64,000 nucleotides of DNA from Burkholderiales bacterium (GTDB taxonomy: Bacteria > Pseudomonadota > Gammaproteobacteria > Burkholderiales > Ga0077523): contig JAIESW010000023.1 of the NCBI GenBank assembly GCA_019745565.1, forward strand, positions 17,835-81,834, given 5' to 3'. Below are positions 1-7,253 of this stretch, piece by piece. The first letter of the stretch is position 1. Each line of letters begins with the position of its first letter. Under the pieces are notes generated by a model. It saw only the letters and a list, made by a program, of their open reading frames with translations. It was not told the DNA's origin and made no database searches. A program made the translations under genes and the position numbers.

Positions 1-1709
1 TGGATGAAGCCGAGAATGCGTTCCGGAAGGCACTGGAACTGCAGCCGCAGTTTCGCGACGCCAGCATGGCTCTGGCCAACGCGATGCACGCCGCAGGGCG
101 CTACCCTGAAGCGATTGCCGTGCTCGAGGGCATCCTGCGCGACGAACCGGACCATGCGGAAGCGTTGCTCAACGTGGGCGTCGCACTGGCGCAGTTGAAC
201 CGGGCCACGGAGGCGGAACGCTGTCTGCTGCGCGCCGTGGAACTCAAGCCGACGCTGGCCGAAGCCCTCGTATCGCTGTCGAACCTGTACTTCGCGCTGT
301 CGCGTCTCGCGGAGGGCGAAGCCGCCGCGCGCAAGGCCATCGACATCCAGCCGGAGAACGCGGTCGCATGGATGAATCTCGGCACGGTACTGCAACAGCA
401 GGGACTCGTCGCCGAATCCGTGGATGCCACCCGCAAGGTGATCGCCCTCACGCCGCACGACGGCTTCGCCTGGAACAACCTGCTGCTGACGCTGAACTAT
501 CTGCCCGACGTGAGCGCGGAGGAACTGTTTGCCGAGCACCTCGCCTTCGGTGCCGAGTTCGATCCCGATCCGGCCACGGTGCCGCGCTTCGATACGATCG
601 ACCGTCGCCCCGATCGCCCCTTGCGCGTGGGCTATCTGTCCCCCGACTTCCGTGCCCACGTCGTGGCCTTCTTCTTCGAACCCGTGCTCGCCGCCCACGA
701 CCCCAAGCGCGTCGAGACCGTGTGCTACTACAACCACACCATCGTCGACGACACCACCCGCCGCCTGCGCCAACGCGCCCAGCTCTGGCGCGACGTGGCC
801 GCCATGAACGATGCCGAGCTGGTGCGCCTGATGCGCGAGGATCGCCTGGATGTCGTGGTGGATCTGGCCGGCCATACCGCCAAGAGCCGGCTCACCGCGC
901 TCGCCCAGCGGGTGGCGCCGGTACAGATCGCCTGGCTGGGCTATCCCAACACCACCGGTCTTGCGCAGATGGACTGGCGCATCACCGATGCGCGCGCCGA
1001 TCCGCCCGGCGCTGAAGCCCATCACACCGAGCGGCTGCTGCGCCTGCCCGAGGTGTTCCTGTGCTACGAACCGCCACCCGAGGCGCCCGAGATCGCCGAT
1101 CCGCCCAGTGCGAGCGGCGCCCCGATCACCTTCGGGGTGTTCAACAACTTCCCCAAGGTCACCGATGCGATGCTGGCGCTGTGGGCGCGCATTCTGGAAC
1201 GCACGCCGAACTCGCGCCTGTGCATCAAGACCGCTTCGCTCCGTGATGAAGGTGTGTTGCGCCACTTGCGCGCCCGGATGCAGCGTGCCGGCCTGGACCT
1301 CGAGAGGATCGAACTCGCGGGCTTCACCCCGAGCCGTCGCGAGCACCTTGCGGCCGTTGCCAACGTGGACATCGCTTTGGACACGTTTCCTTATCACGGC
1401 ACCACCACGACCTGCGAATCGCTCTGGATGGGAGTCCCGGTGGTCACGCTCGAAGGCGATCGGCATGCGTCGCGAGTCGGGGTCAGCCTGCTCGAACACC
1501 TGGGGTTGGACACCCTGATCGCGCGTTCCCCGGATGAATACGTGTCGATCGCCGTCGCGCTCGCCGCGGACCCGGGTCGCCGTGCTTCCATGCGCGGGAC
1601 CCTGCGTGAGCGCATGCGACACGCCAAGTTGACCGACGTTCCGGGATTCACCAGTCAGCTCGAGGAAGCGTATCGGTCCGCGTTCCGGGATACCACCGAG
1701 AGCCGCTGA
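1..1709 (+). CDS. TPR-repeat protein with C-terminal GT41 (SPINDLY/OGT-like) glycosyltransferase domain; 5' end lies upstream of the window
   Basis: Reading frame is open from base 3 (DEAENAFRKALELQPQF precedes the first Met at 66). TPR-like repeats in the N-terminal half. C-terminal blocks RVGYLSPDF, GHTAKSRL, APVQIAWLGYPNTTG and DTFPYHGTTTTCESLWMGVPVVTL are typical of bacterial SPINDLY-family O-GlcNAc-transferase-like proteins. Confidence 0.8.
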   Translation, partial: DEAENAFRKALELQPQFRDASMALANAMHAAGRYPEAIAVLEGILRDEPDHAEALLNVGVALAQLNRATEAERCLLRAVELKPTLAEALVSLSNLYFALSRLAEGEAAARKAIDIQPENAVAWMNLGTVLQQQGLVAESVDATRKVIALTPHDGFAWNNLLLTLNYLPDVSAEELFAEHLAFGAEFDPDPATVPRFDTIDRRPDRPLRVGYLSPDFRAHVVAFFFEPVLAAHDPKRVETVCYYNHTIVDDTTRRLRQRAQLWRDVAAMNDAELVRLMREDRLDVVVDLAGHTAKSRLTALAQRVAPVQIAWLGYPNTTGLAQMDWRITDARADPPGAEAHHTERLLRLPEVFLCYEPPPEAPEIADPPSASGAPITFGVFNNFPKVTDAMLALWARILERTPNSRLCIKTASLRDEGVLRHLRARMQRAGLDLERIELAGFTPSRREHLAAVANVDIALDTFPYHGTTTTCESLWMGVPVVTLEGDRHASRVGVSLLEHLGLDTLIARSPDEYVSIAVALAADPGRRASMRGTLRERMRHAKLTDVPGFTSQLEEAYRSAFRDTTESR

Positions 1710-1731
1710 CGTTCCGCAGGAGCTATCGAAC

Positions 1732-3522
1732 GTGAACACATCGTTGGCCTCGAGCCGTGTGACCGAGGGAATCGAAGCGCACCGCGCCGGCGACTTCGAA
1801 GCTGCCGCTCGACACTACGAGGCAGCGCTTGCCTTGACGCCAGAGCATGGCGACGCACGCTACCTTCTCGCCCTGGTCGAGATGGCCCGTGCCCGGTTCG
1901 AACAGGCTCGAGATCACATCGCGGTCGCGGTCCGCTCGGATCCGGCCAACGCACACTACCTGTTTGCAGCCGGCGAGATAGCGCGGCACTTCAACGATCG
2001 TGACGAAGCGATCAAGGCGTTCGAAACGGCAATCGCCATCGACGGTTCCAGTGCGGAGCGCTGGGCTCAGCTGGGTGACCTGCATCTCGCGGCGGGCCGG
2101 CCAAAGGCGGCCGAACACCATGCGCTGAGGGCAATCGAGATCGAGCCCCGATTGCAGAATGCATGGCATCTGCTCGGCGAGAGCCTGCGTGCCCAGGCTC
2201 GAAGTGCGGAAGCCGTCGAGGCGTATCGCGAGGCCCTACGCCTCGAGGGCGGCTACGGTCCCGCGGCGGAGAGCCTGCTCATGACCCTCAATTTCTGTGA
2301 TGCGATCGCTCCCCGGGAGGTTGCCGAAGAGCACCGTCGAATCGGAGCTCTCTTCGGTCCGTGGGGTGTTCGTGGAACGCCGGACGCGCCCTGGAGCGTG
2401 GATGACGCACCGCTTGCACGCAAACGCCCGCTGCGAGTCGGCTATGTCTCCGCCGACTTCGGGCAGCACGTGGTGAGCTTCTTCATCGAGCCGGTTCTCG
2501 CGACGCACGATCGCCAGGCCGTGGAAGTGTTCTGCTATTTCGCGGCGCCGCATGACGACCCGCGCTCCGAGACCGTCAAAGGTCACGCCACCCACTGGCG
2601 CAGCCTGGTAGGGCTCGACGACACTTCGGCCGCGGAGCACATTCGCGCCGACCAGCTGGACGTCGCCGTCGACCTGTCCGGCCATACGCGGGGGAACAGG
2701 CTGGGCGTGTTCGCGCGCCGTGTGGCGCCGGTCCAGGTGAGCTGGCTCGGCTATCCGAACACGACGGGCGTGCCTGCGATGGACTACAGGCTCACGGACG
2801 TATGGTGCGACCCGCCCGAGACCACCGATTCATTCCACTCCGAACGCCTGTGGCGACTCGAACCGGGGTTCATCTGCTATCGATCACGCCCCGAGGCTCC
2901 TCCTGTCAACGCACTGCCGGCTCTGACTGCCGGACACATTACGTTCGGATGCTTCAATAGTCCGGCCAAGATCGCCGATACGTGCCTGCGTCTGTGGGCA
3001 AACATCCTGGCGAGTACGCCCGGCTCGCGCCTCCTGCTGAAGGGCAAGGGGTTCGACGAGCCGGATCTTTCTGCCGACCTGCGAAAGCGCTTCCAGGCCT
3101 TGGGGATCGATCCGACACGCGTTGATCTCGACGGCGGTCGCCCGAGCTTCGTCGAGCACCTGTCCTGCTACGGCACGGTGGACATCGCACTCGACACATT
3201 TCCGTACCACGGGACGACCACGACCTGCGAGGCGCTCATGATGGGTGTGCCCGTGGTTTCGCTGGCGGGTCCTGTGCACGCTTCCAGGGTCGGTGCCAGC
3301 CTCCTGACGCGGCTGGGCCGCCGCGAATGGATCGCCGGCACGCCCGACGAGTATGTGGCGATCGCTGCAGCACTCGCGGCGAACCGCGGTCAGTTGACGT
3401 ATTGGCGGTCGGAACTGCGCTGGAAGCTGCAGTCGAGCGCACTCGGCGACGTGGCAACCCTGACACGATCACTTGAGGCCGCGTACCTCGCCATGCTTCG
3501 CCAGACCGCCGCGGGCCGCTGA
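1732..3522 (+). CDS. TPR-repeat / GT41 (SPINDLY/OGT-like) glycosyltransferase, paralog of the upstream gene
   Basis: GTG start 9 nt after AGGAG. Same C-terminal blocks as the upstream gene (RVGYVSADF, GHTRGNRL, APVQVSWLGYPNTTG, DTFPYHGTTTTCEALMMGVPVVSL). N-terminal TPR-like repeats. Confidence 0.8.
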   Translation: MNTSLASSRVTEGIEAHRAGDFEAAARHYEAALALTPEHGDARYLLALVEMARARFEQARDHIAVAVRSDPANAHYLFAAGEIARHFNDRDEAIKAFETAIAIDGSSAERWAQLGDLHLAAGRPKAAEHHALRAIEIEPRLQNAWHLLGESLRAQARSAEAVEAYREALRLEGGYGPAAESLLMTLNFCDAIAPREVAEEHRRIGALFGPWGVRGTPDAPWSVDDAPLARKRPLRVGYVSADFGQHVVSFFIEPVLATHDRQAVEVFCYFAAPHDDPRSETVKGHATHWRSLVGLDDTSAAEHIRADQLDVAVDLSGHTRGNRLGVFARRVAPVQVSWLGYPNTTGVPAMDYRLTDVWCDPPETTDSFHSERLWRLEPGFICYRSRPEAPPVNALPALTAGHITFGCFNSPAKIADTCLRLWANILASTPGSRLLLKGKGFDEPDLSADLRKRFQALGIDPTRVDLDGGRPSFVEHLSCYGTVDIALDTFPYHGTTTTCEALMMGVPVVSLAGPVHASRVGASLLTRLGRREWIAGTPDEYVAIAAALAANRGQLTYWRSELRWKLQSSALGDVATLTRSLEAAYLAMLRQTAAGR

Positions 3523-3555
3523 CCCGCCCATCTACCGACGCCACGCACCGGCCGC

Positions 3556-3588
3556 AAAGAAAAAGGGGCCGAAGCCCCTTTTTCTTGC
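3556..3588. terminator. Bidirectional rho-independent terminator between the GT41 gene and pilin copy 1
   Basis: aaagaaaaaGGGGCcgaaGCCCCtttttcttg: GC stem 3565-3569/3574-3578, 4-nt loop, A-run on one side and T-run on the other. Sits between convergent stops at 3522 and 3620. Confidence 0.8.
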
Positions 3589-4060
3589 CTGCTCCTCGAC
3601 GAGAAGCGAGCGCTTGCGATCAGCCCTTCGGGTAGAACTTGGTCGGGATGGTGCCACCCACCGACCAGCTGTTGCCGGAGGCATTGCAGGTCGACACCCA
3701 GACCACGTTGCTCGCGTTCACTTGCGAGTTGATGTTCTGCAGGGTCGCCGTGATCGTGGCGCCGGCGGTCGTGGCAGCGAAGCTCACGGCCGAAACGTAG
3801 CGGCCCGTGATCGCGGTGGGCAGACCGGCCGTGGCCGCGTCGCTCACACCACCGGCCGAAGAGGCACCACCCAGCGTGCCTTCCGAGCAGGCCTGGCCGG
3901 CAGCAAGACGCGCCGGTTCGGTCAGGCTGGTGGCTTCCTGGATCTTCGCGCGGATCGTGTAGTCCTGATAAGCCGGCAGCGCGATCGCCGCCAGAATGCC
4001 GATGATCGCCACCACGATCATCAGTTCGATCAGGGTAAAGCCTTGCTGAATGCGCTTCAA
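3559..4060. repeat. Direct repeat copy 1 (terminator + pilin gene), period 1188 bp
   Basis: Aligns base for base with 4747-5248. No differences seen over 3559-3970. Five substitutions in the last 90 nt (3971, 4025, 4046, 4052, 4060). Confidence 0.9.
3620..4060 (-). CDS. pilA: Type IVa pilin (major pilin, PilA/PilE-like), copy 1
   Basis: Class III signal peptide [34 protein letters not shown] (Gly-1, Phe+1, Glu+5). TTG start preceded by AGGAG. 146 aa. Confidence 0.93.
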   Translation of the reverse strand: MKRIQQGFTLIELMIVVAIIGILAAIALPAYQDYTIRAKIQEATSLTEPARLAAGQACSEGTLGGASSAGGVSDAATAGLPTAITGRYVSAVSFAATTAGATITATLQNINSQVNASNVVWVSTCNASGNSWSVGGTIPTKFYPKG

Positions 4061-4118
4061 ATTCGTCTCCTACGGTTACGTGAGTACAGGATCGAGATTA
4101 CGGGCATACCCGTTCTCA

Positions 4119-4133
4119 TGCACTTTCCGTGCC
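4119..4133 (-). promoter_or_regulatory. Candidate sigma54 (-24/-12) promoter for pilin copy 1
   Basis: Minus strand reads aGGCACggaaagTGCAt. GG and GC are at the consensus spacing of TGGCAC-N5-TTGCA. About 60-70 nt upstream of the TTG start at 4060. Confidence 0.55.
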
Positions 4134-4159
4134 TCAAATCCGCCGGTCTCGAGGCGGGC

Positions 4160-4690
4160 TCACGCCGCCTTCGTCGCGATCAGGTTGACGCTGATCGGCA
4201 CGCCCTTGAAATCGAGTTCGCTGCTGTCGTCGAACAGTCCGAAGGAATCGACCCGTCGAATGCCCACGAAACCGGCGACCTCCAGGAAATCCCTCAGAAA
4301 TTCTTCGTTCAGCCCGACCACGTGGTAGTCGAACGCATCCGTGTGCCCACCGAACATCATGCGCATCACGATGAATCTTTCGGCTTGCGACGTCGATTCC
4401 TTCAACAGGAGCAACTCTGCGAGGGTGTCGAGATCAGGAGCACTGACGTAGAGCACGCCCCCCGGCACCAGAACCCGCAGCCATTCCTTCAGCGCCTGCG
4501 AAATGTCACCGAGATAGTCGAGGTGCTCGATGACGTGAGAGGCGTACACCTCGTGAAAAGTCCCGTCCGGAAATCTCGACAGGTCCTTGCACAACCCGAT
4601 GTGATCCACCCCTGGTCGCGGTACGGCATCGAAGATTTCCCAACCCTCCCGCGTCTCCCACCCACCGATATGCAGTTTGCGCATTGACAA
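4160..4690 (-). CDS. Small class I SAM-dependent methyltransferase (Methyltransf_11-like)
   Basis: 176 aa. KLHIGGW (degenerate motif I), FHEVYASHVIEHL, LRVLVPGGVLYVSAPD. Lower G+C than its neighbours in hand-counted samples. Confidence 0.65.
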   Translation of the reverse strand: MSMRKLHIGGWETREGWEIFDAVPRPGVDHIGLCKDLSRFPDGTFHEVYASHVIEHLDYLGDISQALKEWLRVLVPGGVLYVSAPDLDTLAELLLLKESTSQAERFIVMRMMFGGHTDAFDYHVVGLNEEFLRDFLEVAGFVGIRRVDSFGLFDDSSELDFKGVPISVNLIATKAA

Positions 4691-4743
4691 CGAACCTCAC
4701 GATTCAACGATCGCTCGAGAGTGATCCGTGCGACCTCCAGTAA

Positions 4744-4776
4744 TGCGAAAAAGGGGCCGAAGCCCCTTTTTCTTGC
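4744..4776 (-). terminator. Rho-independent terminator downstream of pilin copy 2 (duplicate of 3556-3588)
   Basis: Same GGGGCcgaaGCCCC hairpin with flanking A/T runs. On the minus strand the stem is followed by tttttcgc. Confidence 0.75.
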
Positions 4777-5248
4777 CTGCTCCTCGACGAGAAGCGAGCG
4801 CTTGCGATCAGCCCTTCGGGTAGAACTTGGTCGGGATGGTGCCACCCACCGACCAGCTGTTGCCGGAGGCATTGCAGGTCGACACCCAGACCACGTTGCT
4901 CGCGTTCACTTGCGAGTTGATGTTCTGCAGGGTCGCCGTGATCGTGGCGCCGGCGGTCGTGGCAGCGAAGCTCACGGCCGAAACGTAGCGGCCCGTGATC
5001 GCGGTGGGCAGACCGGCCGTGGCCGCGTCGCTCACACCACCGGCCGAAGAGGCACCACCCAGCGTGCCTTCCGAGCAGGCCTGGCCGGCAGCAAGACGCG
5101 CCGGTTCGGTCAGGCTGGTGGCTTCCTGGATCTTCGCGCGGATCGTGTAGTCCTGATAGGCCGGCAGCGCGATCGCCGCCAGAATGCCGATGATCGCCAC
5201 CACGATCATCAGCTCGATCAGGGTAAAGCCTTGTTGAATACGCTTCAT
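4747..5248. repeat. Direct repeat copy 2 (terminator + pilin gene)
   Basis: See 3559-4060; offset is exactly 1188 bp. Confidence 0.9.
4808..5248 (-). CDS. pilA: Type IVa pilin, copy 2 (protein identical to copy 1)
   Basis: 146-aa translation identical to 3620-4060. ATG start preceded by AGGAG. Confidence 0.93.
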   Translation of the reverse strand: MKRIQQGFTLIELMIVVAIIGILAAIALPAYQDYTIRAKIQEATSLTEPARLAAGQACSEGTLGGASSAGGVSDAATAGLPTAITGRYVSAVSFAATTAGATITATLQNINSQVNASNVVWVSTCNASGNSWSVGGTIPTKFYPKG

Positions 5249-5313
5249 TTATGGGACTCCTAAGGCGGTTGGACGGGTGATACACAGACGGGCGATGTGC
5301 GCCTCCGCTAAAC

Positions 5314-5328
5314 GCAAGCGGTATGCCA
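5314..5328 (-). promoter_or_regulatory. Candidate sigma54 (-24/-12) promoter for pilin copy 2
   Basis: Minus strand reads cacTGGCATaccgcTTGCGttt, which matches TGGCAC-N5-TTGCA with invariant GG/GC at the correct spacing. About 65-80 nt upstream of the ATG at 5248. Confidence 0.6.
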
Positions 5329-5543
5329 GTGGCAAGAGGGCCTCGCAAGGTCTTGGCGCAGGAGACAAATCGGCGGCTAGAGGGGCTCGGGACCCGGTCA
5401 GACCCCGTCCTGTCGCGGATTTTCCGGACGCGCTGCGCAGGGCATTCTCTCGAACCGATAGATTTCCGCGCCGGACCTTGCCGCCCGCTCGGTTTTCACC
5501 TGCGAGCCGGGACGGCACACCCGGCATTTCCTGACGTTTTCCG

Positions 5544-7223
5544 TCAGTCGCCGGAGTAGCCCGGAATGCGGGTCACATCCACCTCGTCGATCTGTTCGCG
5601 ATCGAGAAACTGCTCGGCGTAGCGCAGGTACACGCGCTCGCGCACGAAGATGTCGAACAGATCCGGATCCACGTGCCCGTTCAGCTTGAACTTGCCGAGG
5701 ATGTGCAGCGATTCGGTCAGCGTCTTGCCCTTCTTGTAGGGCCGGTCCTTCGCCGTCAGAGCCTCGAAGATGTCGGCGATGCCCATGATGCGGGCCTGCA
5801 CCGACATCTGATCGCGCGTGAGGCCGCGCGGGTAGCCCTTGCCGTCCATGCGCTCGTGATGGCCGCCGGCGTACTCGGGCACGTTCTTGAGATGCTTCGG
5901 CCAGGGCAGCGCCTCAAGCATCTTGATGGTTACCTCGATGTGATGATTGATGATCTGGCGCTCCTTGGCGGTCAGCGTGCCGGCCCGGATCGTCAGGTTC
6001 TCCAGTTCGTCGTCGGTGAGGAAGTCCACGGTCTCGCCGTGCACGTTGCGCCAGCGGTATTTCTTCGAGATCTCGCGCACGCGCTCCTGGTCCTCGGGCG
6101 GCATCGCTTCGCTGCCGACGTTGCACGCGCGCAGGAAACGGCGGTCCTCGTCGATCTCGCGGATGCGGTCGCGGAACGCCTGTTCGAGCACCGCGCCGTC
6201 ACTGCCGGCGGTGGCGAATCGTGCTGCGCCGCGCAATCGCAGCATCTCGATCTCGGCATCGCGCTTGATGACCTCGAAACGGGTGTCGATGAGCTCGATG
6301 CGGTCAGCGATGGTCTGCAGCTTGGTCGCCTTGTCGACCACGTGCACCGGCGTCGTAACCTTGCCGCAATCGTGCAGCAGGCCGGCGATCTTCAGCTCAT
6401 AGCGGTCGATGTCGTTCATCGCCCAGTCTGCGAGCGGCCCGGCGTTCGTGCCGTGGGTCGCCTCGGCCAGCATCATCGTCAGCACCGGCACGCGGTTGCA
6501 GTGGCCGCCGGTGTAGGGCGACTTGTCGTCGATCGCCTCGTTGATGAGGTTGATGAACGACTCGAACAGGTTTTCCAGCTGGAGGATCAGCAGCCGGTTG
6601 GTGAGGGCCACCGCGGCCTGGGACGCAAGCGACTGCGCGAGCCGCTCGTCGGCCTCGCTGAACGGGACGATCTCGCCGGTGGAACGGTCCTTGGCGTTGA
6701 TCAGCTGCAGCACCCCGATGATCTCGCCTTCGTGGTTCTTCATCGGGACCGTGAGGAACGACTTCGAGCGGTAACCCGTGCGCTGATCGAAGGCCTTGGT
6801 ACCCGAGAAGTCGAAGCCCTCGGCAGTGTAGGCGTCGGCGATGTTGACCGTGCTGTCCTTCAGCACCGAGTAGGCCACCACCATGGACGTGTTCTCGCGA
6901 CCGGTCTCGTCGCGCAGGCGGATCGGCTCGAACGGGATCTTGACACCCGTGGTGCCGCCCATCGCGATGCCGAGCGACTCGGTGCGGATGATCTCGAAGT
7001 TGAGCGTGTTCTGATTGTCGGCATGACGCCGGTAGAGCGTCCCGCCGTCCGCGTTCGTGATCTTCTTGGCAGCGATCAGGATGGTCTCGAGCAGCCGGTC
7101 GAGATCCTTTTCCTTCGAGAGCGCGATCCCGATCTGGTTGAGTTCCTCCAGACGCCGGATGAGATCGCCCGCGCGGACCTGGACGACCTCGGTGCGATCC
7201 TTGGTTTGGACGGGAGGGCTCAT
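5544..7223 (-). CDS. GAF domain-containing HD-GYP phosphodiesterase (predicted c-di-GMP hydrolase)
   Basis: N-terminal GAF (TGYRSKSFLTVPMKNHEGEIIGVLQLINAKD). HD motif GLLHDCGK. HHERMDGKGYPRGL is the HD-GYP signature. Confidence 0.88.
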   Translation of the reverse strand: MSPPVQTKDRTEVVQVRAGDLIRRLEELNQIGIALSKEKDLDRLLETILIAAKKITNADGGTLYRRHADNQNTLNFEIIRTESLGIAMGGTTGVKIPFEPIRLRDETGRENTSMVVAYSVLKDSTVNIADAYTAEGFDFSGTKAFDQRTGYRSKSFLTVPMKNHEGEIIGVLQLINAKDRSTGEIVPFSEADERLAQSLASQAAVALTNRLLILQLENLFESFINLINEAIDDKSPYTGGHCNRVPVLTMMLAEATHGTNAGPLADWAMNDIDRYELKIAGLLHDCGKVTTPVHVVDKATKLQTIADRIELIDTRFEVIKRDAEIEMLRLRGAARFATAGSDGAVLEQAFRDRIREIDEDRRFLRACNVGSEAMPPEDQERVREISKKYRWRNVHGETVDFLTDDELENLTIRAGTLTAKERQIINHHIEVTIKMLEALPWPKHLKNVPEYAGGHHERMDGKGYPRGLTRDQMSVQARIMGIADIFEALTAKDRPYKKGKTLTESLHILGKFKLNGHVDPDLFDIFVRERVYLRYAEQFLDREQIDEVDVTRIPGYSGD

Positions 7224-7253
7224 GAGCGGGAAGGGATCGGGATCTCAGGCGAG

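Noticed and set aside
3559-5248. Pilin direct repeats as ends of a mobile element or integrated cassette
   Set aside because: No transposase, integrase or recombinase is present. There are no inverted terminal repeats or target-site duplications. The repeats are functional genes with their own promoters. Duplication or gene conversion is the simpler explanation, although the intervening lower-GC methyltransferase may still be foreign.
3473-5263. Plus-strand ORFs 3473-4687 (404 aa) and 4721-5263 (180 aa) with repeated sequence
   Set aside because: They are antisense to the pilin and methyltransferase genes. Their repeat simply mirrors the pilin duplication, and they show no coding features.
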